Origin: Phycisphaerae bacterium
Lineage (GTDB): Bacteria > Planctomycetota > Phycisphaerae > SM23-33
NCBI GenBank assembly: GCA_963664745.2
Contig: CAXXMC010000004.1
Location: forward strand, 1,816,484-1,840,483
Reading direction: 5' to 3'
Length of the DNA: 24,000 nt
A program made the translations under genes and the position numbers. Of the stretch, positions 16,108 through 23,519 are shown piece by piece (position 1 is the first letter of the stretch; every line of letters starts with the position of its first letter). The notes beneath the pieces are model-generated. The model saw only the letters and a list, made by a program, of their open reading frames with translations, did no database searches and was not told the origin of the DNA.

Positions 16108-17028
16108 TTATCTGATTATTTCAACTCCGCGGAGCTTTGCCGATCGGCTTCGCGGGTTTTCCTGAATTTCTTCTTCCGTGGCAACTATTGGTTTTTTGGT
16201 CAGGCTTTTGGCCCGCCCGGTCCCGACAAGGTCGGAAAAGGCCTGCTTGACCCGGCGATCTTCGAGCGAATGAAAACTTATGAAAGCCGCCCGCCCATTA
16301 ACAGCCATGACATCGCCAAGGGAACCAAGCAGAATTTCCAGGTTTTGCAATTCTTCATTCACAGCTATTCGCAAGGCTTGGAAAGTCCGTGTTGCCGGAT
16401 GAACGCCCTTGCGTTTCTGTCGCAGGGGGGCTGGCATGGCCCGGAAGACAATGTCTTCCAACTGCTTTGTCCGCTCGATGCGACCTTTCTGTCTCTCAGC
16501 TACGATCGCCCGCGCTATACGCCGGCTATACCGTTCCTCGCCGAAAGAATAAATCAGATCGGCAAGCTCCTTCTCGCCAATCTGATTGACTAACTCAGCC
16601 GCCGTCCGTGGCGAATTTCTATCCAGCCTCATGTCGAGCGGCCCGTCCTGGGAAAAACTCATCCCACGGTCGGGGTTATCAAGCTGATTCGATGCAATGC
16701 CCAAATCAGCGAGCAAAATGTCAACTTTATCCCAGCCCACTTCAGCAAGAACGTCATGAATCTGGGAATAGTTTGCGTGAAAAAAACGAACCCGGCCCTC
16801 AAAAAGGGCCAGGTTTCGCTTAGCAAACACTACATTATCTTCGTCAGCATCCATGCCGACCAGTTGGGCGTCCTTGCCCGAAGTTCGCATCAAGGCCGAG
16901 GCGTGTCCGCCCAGGCCCAGTGTACAATCCAATATTTTTATTTGACCTGTCCTGGTCTTTGGCTGAAGAAGTTCAAGTACCTCTTCGTACAGCACGGGCC
17001 TGTGGCCAGGATCGCCATTCACTATCAA
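16108..17028 (-). CDS. rsmH: 16S rRNA (cytosine1402-N4)-methyltransferase RsmH/MraW
   Basis: Motifs are HRPVLYEEVLELL, DCTLGLGGH, DLGIASNQLD and SFHSLEDRRVK. The longest ORF starts at TTG 17028. GTG 17022 has better spacing to AAGGA, so the start is uncertain by 6 nt. Confidence 0.93.
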   Translation of the reverse strand: MIVNGDPGHRPVLYEEVLELLQPKTRTGQIKILDCTLGLGGHASALMRTSGKDAQLVGMDADEDNVVFAKRNLALFEGRVRFFHANYSQIHDVLAEVGWDKVDILLADLGIASNQLDNPDRGMSFSQDGPLDMRLDRNSPRTAAELVNQIGEKELADLIYSFGEERYSRRIARAIVAERQKGRIERTKQLEDIVFRAMPAPLRQKRKGVHPATRTFQALRIAVNEELQNLEILLGSLGDVMAVNGRAAFISFHSLEDRRVKQAFSDLVGTGRAKSLTKKPIVATEEEIQENPRSRSAKLRGVEIIR

Positions 17029-17070
17029 GTTCCTTCTGTCTGCCGTAATTTCCGGCAGCGTTGCATTGTG

Positions 17071-17307
17071 TCAGACAGCATGCCTGTCCGATAGTTTCTC
17101 AGCTGCGTATTCCGAAAATTCAACCTGGAGATACTCACCTCCCAGCGCCCGAACGCGCGCCAGTTTTTGTACTAAATCTACCAGACGCTGCCGGTGCCCG
17201 TCGTCCATTCCCGACGGTACCGATAAACCGCGCCGCAGCTCCGCGAAATCCATTGGCGGGCTTCCTTGCCCAGCCGCCGGCTCGCTTAGACTCTGAGAGA
17301 TGAGCAT
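17071..17307 (-). CDS. Hypothetical small protein (78 aa) in the mraZ-rsmH gap
   Basis: ATG 17307 is preceded by GGAGAAAGGA with a 7-nt spacer. Codon choice resembles the neighbouring genes. It has no recognisable motif. It is in the same frame as rsmH, separated only by TGA 17071-17073. Several competing ORFs overlap it on both strands. Confidence 0.3.
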   Translation of the reverse strand: MLISQSLSEPAAGQGSPPMDFAELRRGLSVPSGMDDGHRQRLVDLVQKLARVRALGGEYLQVEFSEYAAEKLSDRHAV

Positions 17308-17464
17308 TACAAATCCTTTCTCCAGGTATCAGGCGAAGGGCCATCTTCTAACCGGCAGTCCATTGCCAGCCGGCATCCGTGCCGTGTAACAGCAATCCTT
17401 GCTGTATGTTTTCTAAATAATTCTGAAACCTGTATCACAACCTTATTAACTTTTCAGGCTGCTA

Positions 17465-17941
17465 TCAGTCAGCCGTGTTCTGGCCTTCGACCTCCAGTCG
17501 CTCGGCCGCCTCGTATAACATGTCCTCATAAGAGGCCATGGAACCATCCACAAATTTTTCCCATTCGTCCGTGGGCCAAATCTCAACATGATCGCCCTTG
17601 CCTACCAGCGTGACTTTTTCGACATTTACCATGTCAGCCCGCTGCAGCGACTTCTCCGGCAGAACCACACGCCCCTGGCTATCGGGCTTTAATAATCTGG
17701 CCATGGCAAAAAACAGACTCATCTTGGAAACCTGCCGACTGGGCAATACTGACCGCTTCATCGATGATGCCAACTTCCGGTAATAACCATCCGGATACAG
17801 CCAAAGGTGCTTATCAGGACCTAAAACCAGATAAAACTGCTCGCCATCGTCGGGCTGCTGCTCGTCCCGCAATGCGGAACTGATCGCGAGCCGTCGCTTG
17901 GCTCCGATCGCAGTTTCATGCTCGCCGGTAAAAAATGGCAT
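17465..17941 (-). CDS. mraZ: Transcriptional regulator MraZ
   Basis: 158 aa with a duplicated SpoVT/AbrB-type fold. The first half is MPFFTGEHETAIGAKRRLAISSALR. The second half is KPDSQGRVVLPEKSLQRADM..VTLVGKGDHVEIW. It is the first gene of the dcw cluster, and its ATG is preceded by AAAGGA. Confidence 0.88.
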   Translation of the reverse strand: MPFFTGEHETAIGAKRRLAISSALRDEQQPDDGEQFYLVLGPDKHLWLYPDGYYRKLASSMKRSVLPSRQVSKMSLFFAMARLLKPDSQGRVVLPEKSLQRADMVNVEKVTLVGKGDHVEIWPTDEWEKFVDGSMASYEDMLYEAAERLEVEGQNTAD

Positions 17942-17960
17942 TTAAAGGTCCTTTGTTCCA

Positions 17961-18001
17961 TTCCCAGGGAACATGAGGGAATTTACACCACTATTAGGGA
18001 A
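17961..18001. promoter_or_regulatory. Candidate MraZ operator: three AGGGAA boxes in helical phase
   Basis: AGGGAA occurs at 17966-17971, 17976-17981 and 17996-18001, spaced 10 and 20 bp apart, 25-60 nt upstream of the mraZ ATG. The first box is part of the palindrome TTCCCAGGGAA (17961-17971). E. coli MraZ is known to bind TGGGN direct repeats with 10-bp periodicity near its own promoter. Confidence 0.4.
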
Positions 18002-18418
18002 TCGGCAAGAAAAAAATATATCTTTAGGACATTTTTTTTCTGTATTGCCTTGACGGGGTCTGTTTGACAGTTGCCCGTTTCGGTGCGGAACCAGGTTAAA
18101 AGTGACAAAATATCGCTATTATCAGTGCGAAATGGCTTTGCCCAGGCCTGGACTACTCTGGTTTGTGTTTGTGGCGATCTGAAAAGAATTGTTAAATTTT
18201 TTCAAAAAACAGCTGTCCCAGCTATTCTGGGGCGTCTTACCATGATTCATTATCGGACATTTTTTCGATTTTACATGAGAGTATTTTTAATTAACGTCAG
18301 TCGGACGGACTTTGTCGAGCCTACTTCAACGCAGAGTCAATAAATACAAATTCCTATACAATTAAATCAATTTTGGGCTTTGTTGCTACCTGTACATTAG
18401 GCTGTCTTTGCCAGTCTG

Positions 18419-19090
18419 CTATCTTGTGAGGTTTTCCTCTTCATTAAGCCATTGGCCTATGCGATGTTTAGGCTGGGCGTTTGAGGCATATTCGTGGACG
18501 AGTGCGCCGATTGCATTGAGCAATTCCTCCTGTGAATTGTAGACTCCGCGGACTTGGCCCATCTGGGGAGATCGGCCTCCCTTGCCGCCGACGTACAACT
18601 CGTATCTGCCTTTGCCCGCACCGAGCACGCCGATGTCGTTGTACCTTGCCCGCGTGCAGGAATTAGTGCAGCCTGCTACGGCAAACTTGATTTTAGACGG
18701 CAGATTCGGAGTCTCGCCGAATCGCCTCTCGATTTCCTCTGCGATCAGCCTGGAATCTATGCCCGCGAATTTGCATACCCTGTTGCCGGGACACGAAACC
18801 ACCGTACGAACTTTCGAGCCGCTACGGGCGGGTTTGAGCAAAGTCGCGGAATAGGCAGCTATGAACTCGTCAATCTTATCGCTGGGCACATGATGTATTT
18901 CTATCGCCTGCCGAGTAGTAAGGTGTACCTCGCAGGCTGCGAACTTCTCAGAAAGCTCAGCTATTTCGCGAAGGGCCTGTGCGGAAAACTGGCCTGCCAC
19001 TGCGCCGATCCTGACGGAAAAATTCCTTCCGTCACGCTGAATCATGATGCCCCGACTTCTCAGCTGGGCGATTCTCTCTTTGTCCATCAT
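18419..19090 (-). CDS. Small siroheme/[4Fe-4S] sulfite- or nitrite-reductase-like protein
   Basis: About 223 aa with the CX5C..CX3C cluster/siroheme motif: SCPGNRVC and GCTNSC. It has a nitrite/sulfite-reductase ferredoxin-like half-domain at the N-terminus. The longest ORF starts at TTG 19102. TTGAAAGGTTTAATGATG favours ATG 19090. Confidence 0.8.
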   Translation of the reverse strand: MMDKERIAQLRSRGIMIQRDGRNFSVRIGAVAGQFSAQALREIAELSEKFAACEVHLTTRQAIEIHHVPSDKIDEFIAAYSATLLKPARSGSKVRTVVSCPGNRVCKFAGIDSRLIAEEIERRFGETPNLPSKIKFAVAGCTNSCTRARYNDIGVLGAGKGRYELYVGGKGGRSPQMGQVRGVYNSQEELLNAIGALVHEYASNAQPKHRIGQWLNEEENLTR

Positions 19091-19147
19091 TAAACCTTTC
19101 AAAATTCTTGTCGGATTCGTTTTCAGATGTTTGGGTTACCGATGACC

Positions 19148-20284
19148 TTATTGGAGGCCTTGTAAAAAAATATTTTCATAGAGTTTTTCATGTTCAGTTA
19201 TAGTTTGCTCGATTGAAAAATTTTCTCTGACGCGCACCAGCCCTGCAGCGCCCATAGTCACTCGGAGATTTTCATCCTCGATAAGTCTGCACATAGCCTC
19301 GGCCAGGGCAGGGGCGTCTTCGCTTGAAATGAGCAGGCCAACCTCATTATTGTTGAGCATAACTTCCCGAAGGCCTGGGGCGTCTGTCCCAATAATAGGT
19401 AATCCCGCAGCCAAGGCTTCCAGGGCAGTTACCGGCAGGCCTTCCCAGCGACTCGGCATGACAAGCATATCCGCGGCGCTGAGAATTTCCCGAACGTCCC
19501 GGCGGAAGCCAAGGTATCGCACGTTGGCACCAGCTGGTTCTTCGCGGATGAATTTTTCCAGCATTGCACGTTCCGGCCCGTCGCCGGCTATAACAATAGG
19601 CTGGCTGATCCCGCGCTTGTGCAGCAATTTGAGCGATTCGAGCAAAACATCCAGGCCTTTCTGATGATCCAGCCTGCCCAGAAATACGGGCAAGACCTCT
19701 TCATCTGAAATTCCCCAATCGCTTCGCAAAATTGCCCTGGCTGAGTTGTTGCGGGAATACGCATCGACGTCGACGCCGTTTGGAATGACGATGTATTTTT
19801 CCATCGGCAGTCTGCTCATGCTGGCGTGATGCAGGCTGGCGTCCTGGGAGACTGCTATTATTTTTTCCGTACGTTTTCCGGCGTGGTGATACCATGCGAA
19901 TTGCCAGGGCCTGTATCGCTTCTCCGCTATATGGACGGTATGTATGAATTTTTGCTTGCCCGCGAATTTGGCGGAGAGTTGGGCAACAAGGTCTGCGTGA
20001 AACAGATGCGTGTGAATGATGTCGAATTTTTCCCTGCGGAAAAGCCCAGCCAGCCTGAATAACTTGAAAAAATTCGCCTTGTTGCGAACGTTCAGAAGCG
20101 TAACTTTCACGCCGGCCTGGGTTAGCCAGTCTGCAACAGCTCCGCCTCGCAAGGCGACGACCTGTACGTCAAATTTTTCACGATCCAGCCTGGTTGCAAG
20201 TTCATAGACGACCCGCTCAGCCCCGGCTGGGCCCAGCTCGGTAATCAGTTGACATATCCGTATTCGTTTCATCAGTCTATACAC
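19148..20284 (-). CDS. Glycosyltransferase, GT4 family
   Basis: 378 aa with the N-terminal RICQLITELGPAGAERVV motif and the C-terminal EX7E region PSRWEGLPVTALEALAAGLPIIGTD. The start is either GTG 20284 or ATG 20272 (MKRIRI..). Confidence 0.88.
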   Translation of the reverse strand: MYRLMKRIRICQLITELGPAGAERVVYELATRLDREKFDVQVVALRGGAVADWLTQAGVKVTLLNVRNKANFFKLFRLAGLFRREKFDIIHTHLFHADLVAQLSAKFAGKQKFIHTVHIAEKRYRPWQFAWYHHAGKRTEKIIAVSQDASLHHASMSRLPMEKYIVIPNGVDVDAYSRNNSARAILRSDWGISDEEVLPVFLGRLDHQKGLDVLLESLKLLHKRGISQPIVIAGDGPERAMLEKFIREEPAGANVRYLGFRRDVREILSAADMLVMPSRWEGLPVTALEALAAGLPIIGTDAPGLREVMLNNNEVGLLISSEDAPALAEAMCRLIEDENLRVTMGAAGLVRVRENFSIEQTITEHEKLYENIFLQGLQ

Positions 20285-20319
20285 TATCTCCGATTTTGCA
20301 AAGTTGCAAGAAAACCGGA

Positions 20320-21924
20320 CTACTTGCCGTTAATCGGCAGATGGAGAGTAAAGGTCGCTCCGGTTCCTGGTGAGCTTCGGAGCATAATTTTACCCCCGAG
20401 CAGGCTTGCGAGTTCCTTGCTGATAGCAAGTCCCAGGCCCGTGCCGGTTGCCTCTTTGGTCAGGGTGGGATTGACCTGATAGAATTTCTCAAAAATATGT
20501 ACCTGGTCGGCTTCGCTGATGCCCGGGCCTGTATCCTCGACGGAAAAGAGGATTTCGCCTTGAACTTCATCACCCTGGGCTTCGTCAAGTTTGACGTTAG
20601 TTCGCAGGGTCACGCTGCCTTCGGGCGGGGTGAATTTTATGGCGTTGGACAGCAGGTTGTATAGTATCTGCTGCAGTTTTCCGCCGTCGGTTGCAACGAT
20701 CGGCATATCGTCGGCCAGTTCGCTCAGAAGTTCGATATTTTTCTTATCTGCCAGTGGAGTCATTAGCGCCAGGAGTGTCTGGCAGGTATCCAGTGCGGAG
20801 ACCTTGTCTTGCCTGACGCTGACCTTGCCTGCTTCGATTTTCGCGAGGTCCAGCATGTCGTTGATCATGGCAAGGAGATTTTTGGATGCGGTACTGATAT
20901 TATTTCCGTACCTTGCTGTGCGTTGGTCGTCCGATTCCCGCAGCAGGTCGGCAAAGCCGATGATGCTGTTGAGCGGCGTTCGCAATTCGTGCGACACGTT
21001 TGCCAGAAACTCCGTCTTGACGCGATTGGCTTCGTAGAGTGCGACATTCACTTCCGCGAGTTCATTGAGTTTCAGGTCGAGTGCCCGGTTGGCTGATCTG
21101 AGTTCCTTATGCTGGGTCTGGATAGCTGAGAGCATTTCGTTGAAGCTTTCGCCCAGCCTTTGGAGTTCATCTCCAGTGTTTACGGTACTGCGGACGGTCT
21201 GGTCGCCGTCTGTCACCTTGTCAGCCAGTTCTCTCAGTTGGCGCACCGGTCGCAGAACGATTCTGTGTGCGATGATCGCAAAGATAACCATCGCGAGTAT
21301 ACCAGCCAGGATTCCCCCAGCTACGAAGGCGCCGCGAGTCCACCACATGAGTTTGTCGGCAGAGGCCGACGCGGACGCCGGCAGCGTTACGTCCACCATG
21401 CCGACAAGTTGTCCGGCTCCGAACTTCAGCTGGGCAGGCCTGGCGGGGTCGTTGTGGCATCTGCTGCAAAAAGAGGTGTTCCTCACTGCGCGAAAACCGC
21501 GGTAAGCTATTTTGCCTCTCTCCATGTCGGTCTGTCGCCCTGCGAAGTCGGTGTCGGTATTATCCCAGAAAGTTTTAAGTGCTTTTTGGGCAGGCTTGTC
21601 CAGGCCATTCAGCGGGTTTTGCGTATCCAGAATTATTATTGACGGGCCAGCGAGGCCTTTGAACTCACTGCCGCCCGTGTACAGCGAAATAACCTCGCTT
21701 TTTGCATCGGAAGCGTCCAGGAGATTCCGGTGATGTTTGCGGGTCCATTCGTTTAGTCGCAATCTGGTCAGCTCACGTGCCGATCTTTCCAAACCCTGTT
21801 CGGAGAGGACTTCCATGAAATACCACGGCACTACCAACGCCGCTGCGATGACGCCCAGCAAGGCCAGGCCGAACAGCAGGCGAAACTTCACCGCCAATGA
21901 AATGCGAATAAACCTTTTTGCCAT
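20320..21924 (-). CDS. Sensor histidine kinase: TM, extracytoplasmic CxxCH-containing domain, TM, HAMP, HisKA and HATPase_c
   Basis: 534 aa. TM1 is LLFGLALLGVIAAALVVPWYF and TM2 is GAFVAGGILAGILAMVIFAIIA. CSRCH (aa 153-157, nt 21454-21468) lies between them, in the context YRGFRAVRNTSFCSRCHNDP..GQLVGMVDVTLP. The H-box is NVSHELRTPLNSI and the G-box is GTGLGLAISKELASLLGG. No response regulator is adjacent. Confidence 0.9.
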   Translation of the reverse strand: MAKRFIRISLAVKFRLLFGLALLGVIAAALVVPWYFMEVLSEQGLERSARELTRLRLNEWTRKHHRNLLDASDAKSEVISLYTGGSEFKGLAGPSIIILDTQNPLNGLDKPAQKALKTFWDNTDTDFAGRQTDMERGKIAYRGFRAVRNTSFCSRCHNDPARPAQLKFGAGQLVGMVDVTLPASASASADKLMWWTRGAFVAGGILAGILAMVIFAIIAHRIVLRPVRQLRELADKVTDGDQTVRSTVNTGDELQRLGESFNEMLSAIQTQHKELRSANRALDLKLNELAEVNVALYEANRVKTEFLANVSHELRTPLNSIIGFADLLRESDDQRTARYGNNISTASKNLLAMINDMLDLAKIEAGKVSVRQDKVSALDTCQTLLALMTPLADKKNIELLSELADDMPIVATDGGKLQQILYNLLSNAIKFTPPEGSVTLRTNVKLDEAQGDEVQGEILFSVEDTGPGISEADQVHIFEKFYQVNPTLTKEATGTGLGLAISKELASLLGGKIMLRSSPGTGATFTLHLPINGK

Positions 21925-21957
21925 TACCGGAACATTCTACGCGAAATTTGAATAAAT

Positions 21958-21985
21958 AGGCAATAGGCAATAGAGAACAGGCAAT
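21958..21985. repeat. 4 x 7-bp tandem array (AGGCAAT) between the MerR-like gene and the kinase gene
   Basis: The units are aggcaat/aggcaat/agagaac/aggcaat. This is the same heptad organisation as the dcw spacer arrays, with a different unit sequence. Confidence 0.7.
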
Positions 21986-22000
21986 GGGGAGAGACTCGCA

Positions 22001-22258
22001 TCATCGATTTTTGATATAAATTTCGCGGATATCGCGGAGGGTGTAGCCTGTTTCGTTAAGTTCCCGAATGAGTTTGATACGTCTGACGAGGTTGTTGTCG
22101 AAAAATCGGCCGAATCTGTCTTTGTGCCTGATCGGCTTGATCAGGCCGACCATGATGTAGTATTCGATGGTCTGTTTGCTTACCCCTGCCGCCTCGGCTG
22201 CTGCCGCCAGACGCATTTCGGAAGGATATTCAGGTTTTGCTTTTTTACCTTTCGCCAT
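22001..22258 (-). CDS. MerR-family helix-turn-helix regulator (DNA-binding domain only, 85 aa)
   Basis: The MerR-type HTH and wing are MRLAAAAEAAGVSKQTIEYYIMVGLIKP..RFGRFFDNNLVRRIKLIRELNETGYTLRDIREI. No effector-binding extension is present. Confidence 0.75.
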   Translation of the reverse strand: MAKGKKAKPEYPSEMRLAAAAEAAGVSKQTIEYYIMVGLIKPIRHKDRFGRFFDNNLVRRIKLIRELNETGYTLRDIREIYIKNR

Positions 22259-22307
22259 TGTACAAAAACATTATCGTACCTTATGGAAAAAGAACTTTAG
22301 TCCAGGC

Positions 22308-22329
22308 CTGTTATTCCATACAATAACAG
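22308..22329. promoter_or_regulatory. Perfect 8-6-8 palindrome CTGTTATTccatacAATAACAG in the divergent MerR / membrane-protein intergenic region
   Basis: It is read directly from the sequence. It ends 5 nt before ATG 22335 and lies about 50 nt from the MerR-like gene start. It is either a candidate operator or a 5'-UTR hairpin. Confidence 0.4.
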
Positions 22330-22334
22330 TAGCA

Positions 22335-22880
22335 ATGGAAACTATAAAAGCAAACATATGTGAAGATCCAATTTACGTTTTTATTTCCCTGGCTGTAGCT
22401 GTGTTGGTTATGCTTGTGTTGTGGCATTCCAACAGGAAGACGCTTTACCTCCAACTCATTATTGTGCCCGTTATCCTGGCTGGGGTTGTGTTCGCGATGG
22501 ATTATTACATTATCACAGATCGCGAGCAGATTGACCAGGCCGTGCTGGCGATAGTGACCGATCTGGAAGCCGGCAAGTTGGATGCAGCTGACTATTATCT
22601 GGACGATAAGTTTGCAGGTTACAAGATTAACAAGATTCTTCTCCTGAAATTTGCGCAGGCCCAGCTGGACAAGCTGCAGATTGAGAATATCAATCTTTCC
22701 CATGATACGGTAACCATTACCGGCAAGCAGGCTGATATGACGGTTACGTCTGTCCTTGATCTGGGAGGGAAGTTCAAAGGTAAATACGCGTTGAAATGGC
22801 AGCTGCACTGGGTAAAAAGGCCCCAAGGATGGCGAATCGACGAAGTAGCCCCGCCGGAACAGACAATACCGGGGTTTTAA
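22335..22880 (+). CDS. Hypothetical two-TM membrane protein with a ~110-aa C-terminal soluble domain
   Basis: The ORF track gives 22167..22880, but its first 56 codons overlap the MerR-like gene on the opposite strand. ATG 22335 (METIKAN..) is followed by TM helices IYVFISLAVAVLVMLVLW and LIIVPVILAGVVFAMDYYII. The C-terminus ends in ..WVKRPQGWRIDEV. Confidence 0.6.
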   Translation: METIKANICEDPIYVFISLAVAVLVMLVLWHSNRKTLYLQLIIVPVILAGVVFAMDYYIITDREQIDQAVLAIVTDLEAGKLDAADYYLDDKFAGYKINKILLLKFAQAQLDKLQIENINLSHDTVTITGKQADMTVTSVLDLGGKFKGKYALKWQLHWVKRPQGWRIDEVAPPEQTIPGF

Positions 22881-23025
22881 TCTATTTCAGAATTCGGATT
22901 GAGTTGGATTCGGATTTTTGGGACAGAGTACTAGCTTGGGTTTGATGTTGGCTTGCCTTTTGGCGATGCTGGATAACCAGTCGGCAAGTGTGTTTTCCGC
23001 TTCCCTATTGCCCAGTGCCTGATGT

Positions 23026-23487
23026 CTATTTATCGATTGCGGAGTATACCCACGGTTCTTCTGCGAGTGAATATTGGAGGATATCTTCGTCTCGGAAGAA
23101 TATGGGGATTTCCCGGCCTGCCGATTCCGGGCTGTCCGAGCCGTGGATGAGGTTGTATCGTTTACTGACGCCGAAGTCTCCCCGTATCGAGCCGCTGGGT
23201 GCACCCAGGCCGAACGTCGGGCCCATCATGGTGCGGACAACCGCTATCGCGTCCAGGCCTTCGATTACCATCGCCAGTACCGGCGAGGATGTGATGAACT
23301 CCACGAGCGGCTGATAGAAATCCTTCCCTTTGTGGACGGAGTACATTTCCTCTGCCTGCCCCTGAGACACTTTCAGTAATCGCACCGCTGCGATCTTCAG
23401 GCCTCGCCGCTCGAATCGGCCTATGATTTCGCCCATGAGCCTTCGTTGCACGGTATCGGGTTTCAGCACAACCAACGTTCTTTCCAT
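23026..23487 (-). CDS. ndk: Nucleoside diphosphate kinase
   Basis: Motifs are MERTLVVLKPD, TSSPVLAMVIEG, GSIRGDFG and the active-site NLIHGSD. ATG 23487 is preceded by GGGAG with an 8-nt spacer. The GTG at 23496 listed in the ORF track has no usable spacing. Confidence 0.93.
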   Translation of the reverse strand: MERTLVVLKPDTVQRRLMGEIIGRFERRGLKIAAVRLLKVSQGQAEEMYSVHKGKDFYQPLVEFITSSPVLAMVIEGLDAIAVVRTMMGPTFGLGAPSGSIRGDFGVSKRYNLIHGSDSPESAGREIPIFFRDEDILQYSLAEEPWVYSAIDK

Positions 23488-23519
23488 TTCACACACTCCC
23501 AGCCTGTGATTAATTTTTC

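Noticed and set aside
17061-17344. Alternative ORFs in the mraZ-rsmH gap: 17061..17303 (+), 17066..17296 (+) and 17135..17344 (-).
   Set aside because: They are mutually overlapping, and two are on the wrong strand for the operon. Only 17071..17307 has a credible ribosome-binding site, and even that one is kept at low confidence.
18071-18343. A 90-aa plus-strand ORF lies in the AT-rich region upstream of mraZ.
   Set aside because: It has a non-ATG start, no ribosome-binding site and a low-complexity F/R/V-rich translation. It lies in what is most likely the mraZ promoter and leader region.
825-21642. Many long ORFs lie antisense to or out of frame with the annotated genes. Examples are 825..1271, 1836..2567, 3049..3549, 3109..3525, 4574..5173, 5605..6411, 6922..7842, 8427..9578, 10940..11482, 11735..12202, 13084..13803, 14047..14511, 15723..16593, 18554..19093, 19329..20207 and 20591..21642.
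   Set aside because: They are shadow ORFs inside genes with unambiguous family motifs on the other strand or frame. Their translations are low-complexity (R/P/S/A-rich) with no recognisable motifs.
22167-22334. A 56-codon N-terminal extension of the membrane-protein ORF (track entry 22167..22880).
   Set aside because: It overlaps the MerR-like CDS on the opposite strand, and its translation (AASAAAARR..) mirrors that gene. ATG 22335 immediately precedes the first TM helix.
22881-23025. A possible bidirectional terminator between the convergent membrane-protein gene and ndk (cttgcc..ggcaag).
   Set aside because: It has only a 6-bp stem with a ~25-nt loop and no convincing U-tract on either strand.
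22887-23379. ORFs 22887..23204, 22988..23314 and 23074..23379 overlap ndk.
   Set aside because: They are out of frame with or antisense to a clear ndk gene, and they have no motifs.
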